Positions 35,464-45,127 of a stretch of 64,000 nt of DNA are shown in pieces. Within the stretch, counting starts at the first letter, position 1. The number at the start of each line of letters is the position of its first letter. This stretch comes from a virus (taxonomy: Duplodnaviria; Caudoviricetes): IMG/VR virus record IMGVR_UViG_2920580016_000002, positions 1 through 64,000 of that record. One strand, 5' to 3'. The translations under genes and the position numbers were made by a program. The notes under the pieces are model-generated. The model had not been told where the DNA came from and ran no database searches. It saw nothing but the letters and a program-made list of their open reading frames with translations.

Positions 35464-36451
35464 CGTCGCTCCAGCACTGGGAGAAGTAGGGGCAGGCTTT
35501 ACAAGTGGAGGAATCGCGGTCGAATTCGCGCTCTGGGATCGTCCCGGTTTGGTAGACGGCATCCTTGATCGCGGTGGCCTTCTCCAGAAGAGGCTCTACG
35601 ACGGACAGGTCCAGCGTGATCCCGAATTCCTTCGTCGCCTGGTTGGGCTTGAATTCGTAGATGAAGGAGCCGCGCCGGACCTCCAGGCCCATGAGGCGCA
35701 TCGTGATGTAGAGGTATATCTGGAGCTGGCGGACATGGCTAGGCAGCGGCTCCTGAAGGTCGGCCCACAAGCCGTCCAGGTCGTAGAGCTTCTTGCCCGC
35801 CTCTTCGCTCTCGAAGTAGTACTTCTGGAGCAGCTTGGGCGCGTCCATGCGGAGGGTTCCCATGCCGATCGTCTTGATTTCGATCAGCCGGGCCTTCTTC
35901 AGCAGCATGCCGTCGGAGTGGCCCTCAATCAGGAATTCCTTCTCGGCCCGAATCGGCACCTCGGCATACCGCACGGCCGGGGATTTGCACTGTGGGCAGG
36001 TGACCGGGTCGAGCTGAATGCCGGTAAGCCAGCCGCAGTGCATGCACTTCCACTGGCCGTAGAGGTCGCCACCCAGTCGGAGCCAACCCTGCCATTTGTC
36101 GTGGAGCGCGTGTCCTGTGGCGAAAATGCCTTCCTGCTGGAAGTTGAACTCGCCCTTGGTCATCAGCTTACCGGCGCGGGCGTTCATGATCCGGTAGAAG
36201 GTGTTGCGGGCGCACCAGTCGTCCTTCGCCATCTCCGAGGGGTGGATGACGTCGGTACGGCGGTCGATCGGCTTGAGGTGCTCGGCGGCCAGGTCGTTGG
36301 AGATGTCCCCGAGAACGTCCCAGTGCGTTCCCTTGCGCTTGCTGATTTCGGCGAGAGTGCCGGTCAGCTTTACGGCAGGTCGTCGTCCTCGTCCGCTGCC
36401 TGCGCCAGGATTTCTTCCTCCGGCGCGTCCGGTTCCGTTGGCGGGTGCCAT
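35222..36451 (-). CDS. Cas4-like PD-(D/E)xK exonuclease with 4-Cys cluster
   Basis: HPS....WC.R, G..H, GH.DG, EIKT, QLQ.Y and C..CPY..QC; start and C-terminal extension uncertain. Confidence 0.8.
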   Translation of the reverse strand: MAPANGTGRAGGRNPGAGSGRGRRPAVKLTGTLAEISKRKGTHWDVLGDISNDLAAEHLKPIDRRTDVIHPSEMAKDDWCARNTFYRIMNARAGKLMTKGEFNFQQEGIFATGHALHDKWQGWLRLGGDLYGQWKCMHCGWLTGIQLDPVTCPQCKSPAVRYAEVPIRAEKEFLIEGHSDGMLLKKARLIEIKTIGMGTLRMDAPKLLQKYYFESEEAGKKLYDLDGLWADLQEPLPSHVRQLQIYLYITMRLMGLEVRRGSFIYEFKPNQATKEFGITLDLSVVEPLLEKATAIKDAVYQTGTIPEREFDRDSSTCKACPYFSQCWSDVAPNQQNQDVRDEADQPSKSRSNARAGSRRTGAARAARRVPAATAEGPDGAGGRRADGAVRPAQRMGRLRRRPTQSGGDR

Positions 36452-36759
36452 TCCCAGTTCACCTCCTTCAGGGGAATCCCTGTGGCCTTAGCCTCTTGCC
36501 GCAATTTGTGCCGATCGTGGGGGAGCATTCCGCCCCACGTTCCGGCGCTTTCGTTGTTCACACAGGCGAATCTCAGGCAGTAGTCCCGAGCAGGGCAGGG
36601 GCCGTCGTAGACGTCGTTGCCGTTACAGACGCCCAGGACTTCCGGGTACTGCGCGGGGTCGAACCAAGGGTCGTCGTCGATATGTGGCCTGGCGTGGTGC
36701 ACGCAACGAGCCCCGGCAGACCCCCAGTTGATCGATGGGATACGGAGACGCAGAACCAC
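36370..36759 (-). CDS. whiB: WhiB-family Fe-S transcription factor
   Basis: C....PWF, VC.....CP.R..CL.FA....E..GTWGG. Confidence 0.88.
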   Translation of the reverse strand: MVLRLRIPSINWGSAGARCVHHARPHIDDDPWFDPAQYPEVLGVCNGNDVYDGPCPARDYCLRFACVNNESAGTWGGMLPHDRHKLRQEAKATGIPLKEVNWEWHPPTEPDAPEEEILAQAADEDDDLP

Positions 36760-37061
36760 TACTCACCGACCATCTCGCGTAGATCTTCGTCGGCGATGAC
36801 GTCCCACTTTCGGCCGCACATTTCGATCTGGAAGACCATGGTTCTGCCGTCCATGAGCGCTATCTTCTCCGCTTCCCGCAATTCCTTGTCCGTGAGCCGG
36901 TAGGAGGCGGCGGAGGTGGTTTTGCATTCGATGGAGAAGCGCGCGGATCTGACGTCGTTTTTTCTGACCCAGCCGTTTCCAGAACCCGAGTTTCGAGTGC
37001 CTTCCCACTGCTTGGCCGTCCGCTTCTCTTGGTTCTGAGAGGCTCGGTGTATCTTGCTCAC
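36759..37061 (-). CDS. PD-(D/E)xK nuclease, archaeal-type Holliday junction resolvase-like
   Basis: QEKR.A, SGSG, K.DV and IECKTT motifs; AGGAG RBS before GTG 37061. Confidence 0.7.
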   Translation of the reverse strand: MSKIHRASQNQEKRTAKQWEGTRNSGSGNGWVRKNDVRSARFSIECKTTSAASYRLTDKELREAEKIALMDGRTMVFQIEMCGRKWDVIADEDLREMVGE

Positions 37062-37270
37062 TTCTGCTGACTCCTGCGCATCAGCCGCTCGGTGAGCCAA
37101 CCCATCATGATGACGAAGACGGCGAGGTTCTCGGCGATCCGCACCACATTCCACTGGAAGATCCCAGCGACGACCGCCATGGCAGCCCACATGGCCATGA
37201 ACCCCAGAACAGCGGACACGAAATCGAGCTGGTCCAGCCAGGTGGCCAAGGTCATGAGACGCTTACGCAT
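37058..37270 (-). CDS. small membrane protein
   Basis: Two hydrophobic segments. Confidence 0.6.
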   Translation of the reverse strand: MRKRLMTLATWLDQLDFVSAVLGFMAMWAAMAVVAGIFQWNVVRIAENLAVFVIMMGWLTERLMRRSQQK

Positions 37271-37505
37271 TAGCGGCCTCCTTCACCCACGCCGCCGGAA
37301 GTTCGCCCTCGCGGGGCTTGCCCCAGAGGATCTGGTTGCCAGACGTGTGGAGGGCTTCCAGACCGACCTGTCTTGGCGGCCAGCACTCGCCGCCCTTGTG
37401 GTGCACGTCGAAGGCCGTGATGCCAGTAAAGGTCCGGTGACAGCCGGAGCAGTGAGCGCGGGTTTCTCCGCCCCACTCAGCAGGGCAACCGCCGCAGGTA
37501 ATCAT
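37263..37505 (-). CDS. FDXHR-type zinc-binding protein
   Basis: CGGC...AHCSGCHRTF..ITAFDVH..C. Confidence 0.7.
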   Translation of the reverse strand: MITCGGCPAEWGGETRAHCSGCHRTFTGITAFDVHHKGGECWPPRQVGLEALHTSGNQILWGKPREGELPAAWVKEAANA

Positions 37506-37734
37506 CAGAGCACCACCAGCACAACAAACAGAGCGATGAGACCGAGGATGAGCGCGCCGACGCCTGCGAGGATCCACACCACGCCGTCTTCGACACGGCG
37601 ATCTCTTCTGTGAGCGGACATTCAGCACTCCCCGTTTTCGCAGCGCTTGCGCATGTCCTCGTATGCGCTCCAGATGGCGTCAGCGGCCAGGAGGGTGAGC
37701 ATTCCGGCCAGCAGGCCGAGACCGAGGATTACCT

Positions 37735-38031
37735 TCATCGCGTGATCTCCCTGTGTGGGTGGGTCCAGTCGCAGGAGGGGCCACCTGCGCGGTAGCCGTC
37801 GTAGATCACGCACGTCACGTACCAGCCGTCAGACAGCCGTATCTGTGTCTCGGCCCAGAAGTTTCCGCCTGTGTCCTCGTGCGTCCAGGAGTAGATCACT
37901 GGGGGGTTCTGCTGGGCCACAGCCGGGGTGTTGGTGCTGCATCCAGCCACGATGCCGACCACAGCGCCAGCGGCAGCGGCGATCAGCCAGCCGGGCCTCA
38001 CTAGTCTCTCCACATCTTCAGGCCGATCCAC
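37735..38031 (-). CDS. putative lipoprotein
   Basis: Hydrophobic segment ending VAG-C; start uncertain. Confidence 0.5.
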   Translation of the reverse strand: MDRPEDVERLVRPGWLIAAAAGAVVGIVAGCSTNTPAVAQQNPPVIYSWTHEDTGGNFWAETQIRLSDGWYVTCVIYDGYRAGGPSCDWTHPHREITR

Positions 38032-38095
38032 GCCATGCCGAGGAGGAAAGCGCAGAGGAGCAGCAATCGCAGGGTGTAGAAGATCTCAGCAGCCA

Positions 38096-38380
38096 TTACT
38101 TGCCCACCTTCACCTGCGGCTTGGGCGGCTCCACCTTGGGAGGCGTGACGATCTTGGGCTGCGTCTGCACCTTCGGTGGGGTCACTACCTTCGGCTGCGC
38201 CTGCGTCGGCCGGACTGGCACGTAGCGGGTGGCGGTGGGGCGGTGGTTGATGTCGAACTCGATCTCGACGCCACCATCTCCACTCGCGCCCGTGTCGGTG
38301 TAGCAGGCGTCATTCGACCCGCAGGCCGACAAGGTCAGGGCCGCCGCAGCGGCGAGACCGGCGATGAGAGGGCGATTCAC
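38096..38380 (-). CDS. lipoprotein with Pro/Lys repeat tail
   Basis: Lipobox LSA-C; QPK(V/I)VTPPKV occurs twice. Confidence 0.65.
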   Translation of the reverse strand: MNRPLIAGLAAAAALTLSACGSNDACYTDTGASGDGGVEIEFDINHRPTATRYVPVRPTQAQPKVVTPPKVQTQPKIVTPPKVEPPKPQVKVGK

Positions 38381-38760
38381 TGGGGGTTCTCCATGATCTG
38401 GGTGAGTAGGTCGATTGCTTCGGCCCGAAATTCTTCAGTCTTGGTCGGCTCGCCGGAGGTCCACTGGAGCGTCTGGAGGTAGTCCCGCATCGCGCGGGCG
38501 TTGTGCTTCCAGACGATGTCCCGGCGGATACCTGTAAGCAGCCGGTCGGCCTGCTCCTGGGTCCGGCACACGGCGGCGAGGTAGCAGCCGGAGCAGCCCT
38601 CCAGGTTGACCACGCCGTACCGGCCTTTCGTGTCACGAAGAAGCAGACGGGTGTTTCCCCTGTAGAAGCCGTCTTCGACTCGGAGGAGTACTTCGTGGCC
38701 GAGAACCTTGATGAACTCCTCCAGGCCGCCGAATTCGTCGCTCCAGTCGAGTTCGCTCAT
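38377..38760 (-). CDS. hypothetical protein
   Basis: Y.G.T.LLL...GSCSGC-like pattern; overlapping packing. Confidence 0.65.
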   Translation of the reverse strand: MSELDWSDEFGGLEEFIKVLGHEVLLRVEDGFYRGNTRLLLRDTKGRYGVVNLEGCSGCYLAAVCRTQEQADRLLTGIRRDIVWKHNARAMRDYLQTLQWTSGEPTKTEEFRAEAIDLLTQIMENPQ

Positions 38761-38854
38761 CGACTACCGATCATGTAAGCGAGCAGGACGTAGACAACAG
38801 CAGCGACGTAGCAAAAGCCGATGCCAGCGAAGATGTAGACGATGATGTCCCAGA

Positions 38855-39928
38855 TCATTCGGATTCCTGCTCTCTCATGCGCTCGGAGTCGGGCTTTGCG
38901 GCCTCGATGAGAATCTTCGAGCGAAGCTCTTCTTGCAGGTCCAGCTCCTCGCGGATGCTGCCGAGAAGATCTTCCTTGCCCTTCCACTTCCGATCGCCGT
39001 AGGTGTAGATAGCACCGCCACGGCGGATGACGTCGTACAGAACGGCGTACACGAGGTATTCCTTGGCCAGGTCGTAGTCCCCCCGGAAATATCCGAGAAG
39101 GGGCGCGTCGGCGAAGTAGAAGTCCACGCTCGCGACCCGCTGCGGGGGAGCGCTCTTGTTCTTAACCGTCTTCGCCTTGATGACCTGACCGACGCGCACC
39201 TTGCCCTTTCCGGGGCGGGCTTCGTCGATGAACTCGTCTCGTGTGATCTCGACCCGGCACCAGAAGGCGTAATTCTTGGCGTTGCCGCCGGGCGTTGTTT
39301 TCGGTGTTCCGCGCGGGCTGTATCCGCCGATCTGGTCGCGCCACTGGTTGATGAAGAAACAGGTGAGTGCCCTGTCGCTGCCATCCATGCTGCGGATCAT
39401 GGCCTCACCGACCTTGCGGAAGAACTTCCCGGTCAAGCGAGCGCCGACCGCCATGACGGCCTCGCTCATTTCCTTTTCCGACTCCTCAGAGGGAGTGAGG
39501 GCGGGGTAGGAGTCCAGGACTATGCAGTCAACGGTGCGCGAGGCCGCGAATTCCAAGATGGTCTGGTAGGCGAATTCCATCGCCTGCGTAGGGATGACGA
39601 TTACTCGATCATTGTCTACTCCCAACTCTTCCGCGCGTTCGCGGTTGTAATGCTCGGCGGCTATCCAGAGGGTGGTGAATTCTGGGTTGAGAGCCTGGTT
39701 GGCCGCGATGGTCTTGAGGACGATCGTGGTCTTCCCGTGGCTTTCCTTCCCGATGATTTCGGTCCACTTGTTCGTGGGCCACCCGCCGCCGAGCATTACA
39801 TCCAGCGCAAGGGACCCGCTGGTGATGTACTGCCCAGTCGCGATGTCGGAAGCGAGGGTGATCGAATTCTCCCCGTGCGTCTTCCGAACCTTGGCGATCA
39901 GCGCGAGTGCATCGCTATCGAGTCCCAT
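38855..39928 (-). CDS. recA: RecA-like recombinase
   Basis: TGSLALD-like ITSGSLALD..LGGG.P, EI.G.ES.GKTT, VLDS, FINQ.R and TPGG motifs. Confidence 0.93.
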   Translation of the reverse strand: MGLDSDALALIAKVRKTHGENSITLASDIATGQYITSGSLALDVMLGGGWPTNKWTEIIGKESHGKTTIVLKTIAANQALNPEFTTLWIAAEHYNRERAEELGVDNDRVIVIPTQAMEFAYQTILEFAASRTVDCIVLDSYPALTPSEESEKEMSEAVMAVGARLTGKFFRKVGEAMIRSMDGSDRALTCFFINQWRDQIGGYSPRGTPKTTPGGNAKNYAFWCRVEITRDEFIDEARPGKGKVRVGQVIKAKTVKNKSAPPQRVASVDFYFADAPLLGYFRGDYDLAKEYLVYAVLYDVIRRGGAIYTYGDRKWKGKEDLLGSIREELDLQEELRSKILIEAAKPDSERMREQESE

Positions 39929-40025
39929 GAGTGAGTTCCCTTTACTGACCATCGGCTTTGAACACGATCAACGCTATTGGGTCCGCTCGCCCCGGTTCCA
40001 CTAACCTAGTAACTGGTTAAACGAG

Positions 40026-40056
40026 GAAATCCCCGCACCAACTGGCACGGGGATTC
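40026..40056 (-). terminator. probable terminator hairpin after RNR
   Basis: Minus strand GAATCCCCG...CGGGGATTTC stem followed by a pyrimidine-rich tail. Confidence 0.5.
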
Positions 40057-40072
40057 TCTGAGAAATGGCTAT

Positions 40073-42199
40073 CTACTGCACGTCGCAGCCCGCTGCGGAG
40101 CAGGCGTACTCCTGGCTGCCGGTCGTCATGTCGTCGAACTCATAGAAGCTGAGGTCGGCCCAGCGGACGGACGGCATGGCCGCGACGGCGGCTTCGTACT
40201 CCTCCTTCGTGACCTCCTGGTAGGGGGCCTGCTTGTACGTGTGATCGGAGAAGGGGAGGAAGGAAACGCCGGACAGGTCGGCCCGGTGCTCCCAGACCCA
40301 CTCCCGAACTTCGTCCCACTCGTAGGTGTAGGAGACCAGGGAGCGCATGAAGCTCAGAGCGTCGCCCTTGTCCGGGTCGTAGCCCTTGAGCAAGGCCGGG
40401 TTGTCACCGGCCATTCTCATGAGGGTGACCTTGTCTTCCAGCGTCAGGGCGTGAGCGATGAGCCGGAGTGCGAGGTCCTCGGGGAAGGGGCCGGGATCGG
40501 TGACCTTCGCGCCGCGAACCGAAACGGTGATGCTGGGCTTGTGCTCGCACCAGTACTTCTGGAACGCGAGCCACAGTTCGAGGTGCTCGATGGCGGTCAT
40601 GTCCTTGCGGGTCAGTGCGCCCTTTGGAGCCCGCATGGGGAAGGTGAAGACCCAGTTGCTCGGCTGCATCACGTCGCGCTCGTGCGGAATCCCGGCGTCG
40701 ATCATGAGAGCGGCCAGCGGGTCCTTCTCATCCGCCCGGACCGTGCGCAGGTAGTACGGCGCGTGGTAGGCGTGGATGCCAGCCGAGACGCCAGCGGCGG
40801 AGCTGGCGGTACCGGAGGGCTTGACACAGGTCGCGGCGGCGCTGGCCGGAATGCCGATCTCGTCGGCGAGGTTGAGGTTGACCCAGCGAACCGCGTCGCG
40901 GAGGTCCTCCAGCTCCGCCCAGGACCAAGGGTCGCCCTGACCGGCGGCCACGAAAGCGGGGCTGTTGACGATGCCCGTCTGGCTCACGCCCAGCAGGCGC
41001 TCATCTTCCGCGTTCTTCGTCCACTCCGGGCGCAGGATGTCGGTGTTGAACTTGGTCAGGGTGGACTGCCAGGTGCCGAGAATGGCGGCGATCCTGGCCT
41101 TACGCAGCAGGTCTTCGTGGGTGTCACGGCTCTGGACGACGACCTCGGACAGGTTGCACAGGCCATAAGGTCGCATAACAATTTCGCTACAAGGGTTGAC
41201 ACCATACTCAATATTGGGGTTACGGCGGCCCCAGCGGGAGGCGGTCCGGCGCAGAGCGTCACGGTTGATCAGGCCACGCTCACCGCTGCCGGAGGCGACC
41301 AGGTTGTCCCACTCCTTGTCGAATTGCTCGCGCGTGAGGCTGTCGTAGATGACGGCGGAGTTGTTGGCCAGGCTGCGGTGGGGAGCGACCGTCCACCACT
41401 CGCCCGACTTTGCCTTGGCCATGTCGGTGTCTTCGAGGTCGGACAGGCTGATCATCGCCGACCGGCGCACACCGCCCACGACGACGACGCTGGCGATCTT
41501 GCAGGCCAGGTCGTGGACTTCGAGGGACGTGAGCTGGCGGCCCTGGGCCTCCCACAGCAGCTCGGCGGTGTACGCAAACAGCTCGGCCAGAGGTCCGGGG
41601 CCGGAGGCCCTGCCACCGAAGGTCTTCAGCCGCGCTCCGGCCGGGCGGATCAGCGACAGGTCCCAGCCCGGCTGCTTGCCCTCGATCCACATGCTGCGCA
41701 GCAGCTCGCGGTAGGCGATGGCCCAGCCCTCCTTGGAGTCCTCCACGACGATCACGGTCTCTGGCGTCTCGAAGATCTCGGCCACGGCCGGGAGCTGGGA
41801 GATGTAGCGGTGCTCGACGGAGAATCCCACACCCGTGCCACACATGAGGATGTAGAGGATCTCGTGGAAGGCGGCCAGGTCGGCGATGGGGAGATAGCTA
41901 CAGTTGAAAGCCGCCATGTTCTCCCGCTGAAGCGCGGGGCCAGCCGTCATGAGCGCTCTCATGGACGGCAGGACTTCCATCTCGCGAATCGCCTCGCGAA
42001 CCTCGGCGTAGGTGTCAGCCGGAATCTCATAGGCGAACTTCTCGGCGAGGTGACCGCGCATGAAGTTCATGTAGCGGTCTACGGTCTCGGCCCACGTCTC
42101 GCGACGGCCTTCCTCCTCCAGCCACCTGGCATAGCGGGAAAGGACGATGTAGTTGCGAAACGGGTCCTTGAGGGAACCATCGGGGTTAAGAATGGTCAC
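40073..42199 (-). CDS. nrdJ: class II (AdoCbl-dependent) ribonucleoside-triphosphate reductase
   Basis: PSMRAL, FNCS, GTGVGFSV, GGVRRSA, NPCSEI, CNL.E, TCVKPSGT, EHKPS and C-terminal CSAAGC. Confidence 0.93.
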   Translation of the reverse strand: MTILNPDGSLKDPFRNYIVLSRYARWLEEEGRRETWAETVDRYMNFMRGHLAEKFAYEIPADTYAEVREAIREMEVLPSMRALMTAGPALQRENMAAFNCSYLPIADLAAFHEILYILMCGTGVGFSVEHRYISQLPAVAEIFETPETVIVVEDSKEGWAIAYRELLRSMWIEGKQPGWDLSLIRPAGARLKTFGGRASGPGPLAELFAYTAELLWEAQGRQLTSLEVHDLACKIASVVVVGGVRRSAMISLSDLEDTDMAKAKSGEWWTVAPHRSLANNSAVIYDSLTREQFDKEWDNLVASGSGERGLINRDALRRTASRWGRRNPNIEYGVNPCSEIVMRPYGLCNLSEVVVQSRDTHEDLLRKARIAAILGTWQSTLTKFNTDILRPEWTKNAEDERLLGVSQTGIVNSPAFVAAGQGDPWSWAELEDLRDAVRWVNLNLADEIGIPASAAATCVKPSGTASSAAGVSAGIHAYHAPYYLRTVRADEKDPLAALMIDAGIPHERDVMQPSNWVFTFPMRAPKGALTRKDMTAIEHLELWLAFQKYWCEHKPSITVSVRGAKVTDPGPFPEDLALRLIAHALTLEDKVTLMRMAGDNPALLKGYDPDKGDALSFMRSLVSYTYEWDEVREWVWEHRADLSGVSFLPFSDHTYKQAPYQEVTKEEYEAAVAAMPSVRWADLSFYEFDDMTTGSQEYACSAAGCDVQ

Positions 42200-42232
42200 A
42201 GAAAGCGGCTTTCTCTGCGAAATTGCGGGGGG

Positions 42233-42667
42233 TTAGCTGACCGATCCGTTCGGTCCGATGTGCGCGAATACGTTGCCGAAGCTGAAATTGTTCGCGGTGC
42301 TGACCTGTCGAGCGGGCGCGACTGGCGCTCCAGGCTCGGTCGGCACATGCATGCCGGACGTGGAGTGCTCCACGGGATAGCCACAGGCGGTGCAGCGCGG
42401 CCGGATGTTGGGCTGGCCGGGCACTGGCAGGAGCGTGTCCTTGTAGCAGGACGGGCAGGTGGTCTCAGCCTGCGCGCTCTTGGCCTGGTGAGGCTTGTAC
42501 TCCTGCGGCTGCTCAGGCTGATGCTGGGGCTGAGGAGCTGGGACGGGCTGCGGGCGCTGGGGGATGCCCTGCTGCCACCATGCCTGGCTTGCGGCCTGGG
42601 CAGGCTGAGCGGCCGGTGCCTGCTGCGGCCGGGCCTGGGCGAGACGCTGCTTCCAGAAGTCGCTCAC
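42233..42667 (-). CDS. Gln/Pro-rich protein with CPxC..C..CG zinc ribbon
   Basis: TCPSC...RCTACGYP. Confidence 0.65.
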   Translation of the reverse strand: MSDFWKQRLAQARPQQAPAAQPAQAASQAWWQQGIPQRPQPVPAPQPQHQPEQPQEYKPHQAKSAQAETTCPSCYKDTLLPVPGQPNIRPRCTACGYPVEHSTSGMHVPTEPGAPVAPARQVSTANNFSFGNVFAHIGPNGSVS

Positions 42668-43065
42668 TTCTGCATGCCTCCCTTGCGGACCATGGAGCGA
42701 AGTCCGGACGCTTCGTCGGCCATGAGGTTGCCGATGATCGCCGACGAGCAGATGGAGATGATCTGCGTGTAGCTGGCCTTGAGGGCGGCGAGCTGCTCGG
42801 GCTCCAGGTCCTCCAGGTCGGAGGGGTCCAGCACCTTCATGAGGATGATGTCCGTGCAGATCTGGGACATCAGCTCGATGCGCGGCTCGTAATGCTCGAC
42901 GGCCTCGGACCGGGCATGGGAGTGGGCGTGCTCCATGTCGGCGGTGTCGCCGGACGGGGGAGTCAGACCCATGGCGATCATGCCCTGCACGGCCTCGTCA
43001 CACGGGAGCAGGTCATATGCGAGGCGCGTCTGGTACATGGGCTTGGCGTTGATGTAAGCGGTCAT
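42664..43065 (-). CDS. hypothetical protein
   Basis: Overlapping packing. Confidence 0.65.
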   Translation of the reverse strand: MTAYINAKPMYQTRLAYDLLPCDEAVQGMIAMGLTPPSGDTADMEHAHSHARSEAVEHYEPRIELMSQICTDIILMKVLDPSDLEDLEPEQLAALKASYTQIISICSSAIIGNLMADEASGLRSMVRKGGMQK

Positions 43066-45017
43066 TTGGCTTCGCTCCAGCGGTCTACGACTTTAGTGTC
43101 TGATTCAAGGGGGACGGATATGAGGTTCTTGATTCCCTCGCCAAGCATTCCCTCGTGGATTGCCACGCGAGCTTCTTCGATAAGGGTGTCGGGTACTAGT
43201 GTGACCAATTCGTCGTGAACAGTGAGAATGAGCTTCGCTCCCTCGGGCAGAAGCGAGTGTGTTCTCACCATCGCGATTTTGATGATGTCGGCAGCGCTGC
43301 CCTGAATGTGGCTGTTAATGATCTGCCGCTCTGCCTTCTGCCGAATCCACTTCGTGGGAGAGATCACATCCGGTACCCGGCGGATGCGGCCGGTGAGAGT
43401 GCGGATGTGCGGCGGGTTGCGCGAGCGCGCGACAGATAGCAGCTTCTTCTTGTAGGCGTAGATCTCCGGGAAGCTCGCCTCGTGCTGTCCAATGATGTTC
43501 TGGGCCTCGGTCAGCGGGATTTTCGCGACTTCGGCGAGGAGGTGTTCGCCTCCGCCGTATCCGATGAGGAAGTTGATTCTCTTCCCGTAGTCGGTGCGCT
43601 GCTCGCCAGTAACCTGGTCGTGCGGCAGATTAAGGATCCCGGCGGCGGTAATAGTGTGCGGGTCAATGCCGTCCAGGAAACCTTGATGCAGTGCGCCAGG
43701 TCCAGCGAAGTGAGCCAGAATGCGCAGCTCAATCTGTGAGTAGTCCGCTACGATGAGCTTGTAGCCGGGCGGCGCGATAAATAGCCCGCGAATACGCTTG
43801 CCGAGATCAGTACCGGGCCTAGGGATGTTCTGAAGGTTCGGCTCGGAGGAACTGAAGCGGCCAGTGACCGTCCCGTACTGTTTGAAATTCGTGTGAATCT
43901 TGCCGGAGTGGATCTGGCAGGGCCGGTCCTTGGCCGTGGCGTCGCCCAGGTAGCCGTAGACGTACGTGGACAAGAGCTTGCTGGATTCCTTGAAAGCCAG
44001 CAGAGCGTCCACCACCGGATTGCCTGCGGCCTTCTCCAGTGCATCGGCGTCCGTGGTGTAGTCCAGGAAGGTGACCCTCTCGCCCGCCTGCTTCTTCTTC
44101 TTGCCTCCGGCCGTGAGCTTGGTGGGCTTGATGCCCTGACCGCCCTTGGCCTTGGGGGAGTAGAGGACCTCGGCGACCTGGCGCGGGGCGTTGAGGTTGA
44201 ACGCCTTACCGGCGCTCCGATAAACGTCCGCCTCCTGCTGCTCGATCAGCTTCTCCAGGTGGTCCTTGAGGCTGTGGAGCGCGGGAACGTCGAGAGGTGC
44301 TCCCTCCATGCCCATGGAGAGCAGGACTTCGAGGACGTCCATCTCCAGCCGGAAAACAGGGAAGAGACGCTGATCTTCGAGCCCCTTGAGGTTGCGGTTG
44401 CGCAGCCAGCGCGTGAAGCGGGTGTCGAGCAGGTTGTAGCGGGCGACGTCGTTGAAGAGGGTGGTGGCGATGTGCTTGCCGGTCTTGCCCTGGTCGTAGT
44501 CGGAGCCGAATTCCTCCCGGACGCGGGGCTTCAAGCCGTTCAACCGGTTCTCGTCAAGGAGCCACGAGGAGACCAAGGTGTCGTGGAACGGGGGCTTCGG
44601 CAACGAGCCGCCACGGTGCTTGGCGATCGAGATGGCGTCAAAGGTCAAGTTCTGGGCGACCTTCTCCCGGTCGCTCTCGAACAGCTCGTACGTCTCCTCG
44701 AAGACGATTGACGGGCGGAGCTGGGGAGGCGGCTCGTCCCATACAGGAACGCGGAAGTTCCGAACCTTGCCGTTCTTGTCGGTGCGCGGTTCCTTGCGCT
44801 CCCCGATGATCTTGTTGCCGATCGGGTGGCGCATGGGGATGACGGCGTCCACGCCGGGCGCGGAGAACGCGATCCAGGCGACATCATTTCGGATGGGCGT
44901 GGTCGCGTACTCGCCGATGGTCTCGATGTCCCACGCAAAGTGGTCGTGTCGGGAGATCTCCTTGACGACGTGCCGCAGGTGCTCGACGTCGGAGACGATG
45001 TGTCGTGCCAGGCGCAT
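43062..45017 (-). CDS. polA: family A DNA polymerase with 3'-5' exonuclease domain
   Basis: WDIET, DT, Y..D exonuclease motifs; TGR.SS..PNLQNIP, DYSQIELR, K.INF...YG, IQGSAADI and TVHDEL; GGAG RBS before ATG 45017. Confidence 0.95.
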   Translation of the reverse strand: MRLARHIVSDVEHLRHVVKEISRHDHFAWDIETIGEYATTPIRNDVAWIAFSAPGVDAVIPMRHPIGNKIIGERKEPRTDKNGKVRNFRVPVWDEPPPQLRPSIVFEETYELFESDREKVAQNLTFDAISIAKHRGGSLPKPPFHDTLVSSWLLDENRLNGLKPRVREEFGSDYDQGKTGKHIATTLFNDVARYNLLDTRFTRWLRNRNLKGLEDQRLFPVFRLEMDVLEVLLSMGMEGAPLDVPALHSLKDHLEKLIEQQEADVYRSAGKAFNLNAPRQVAEVLYSPKAKGGQGIKPTKLTAGGKKKKQAGERVTFLDYTTDADALEKAAGNPVVDALLAFKESSKLLSTYVYGYLGDATAKDRPCQIHSGKIHTNFKQYGTVTGRFSSSEPNLQNIPRPGTDLGKRIRGLFIAPPGYKLIVADYSQIELRILAHFAGPGALHQGFLDGIDPHTITAAGILNLPHDQVTGEQRTDYGKRINFLIGYGGGEHLLAEVAKIPLTEAQNIIGQHEASFPEIYAYKKKLLSVARSRNPPHIRTLTGRIRRVPDVISPTKWIRQKAERQIINSHIQGSAADIIKIAMVRTHSLLPEGAKLILTVHDELVTLVPDTLIEEARVAIHEGMLGEGIKNLISVPLESDTKVVDRWSEAK

Positions 45018-45127
45018 GTGTGAGGACTCCGGGGGTGGCGAGGCCCCCACGACCTACCGTCCGGCTGGGGGGTTACCGGGCGGAAAAGGGTTTGGGTCGT
45101 GGGGGCCTGGTTGTGTGGAAGAGCTGA

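Noticed and set aside
40322-40513. Intein or group I intron in RNR
   Set aside because: No intein splice residues, no endonuclease motif, reading frame uninterrupted; kept only as an insertion
42195-42217. CCGCTTTCTGTG at the RNR start, partly complementary to the early leader and folding over its own RBS
   Set aside because: Short, imperfect and with only a 3-nt loop; could be chance
40241-42772. Long opposite-strand ORFs (also 6468-7727, 35273-36583, 50185-51591, 43893-44711)
   Set aside because: Shadow ORFs of strongly motif-supported genes, expected from high-GC codon bias
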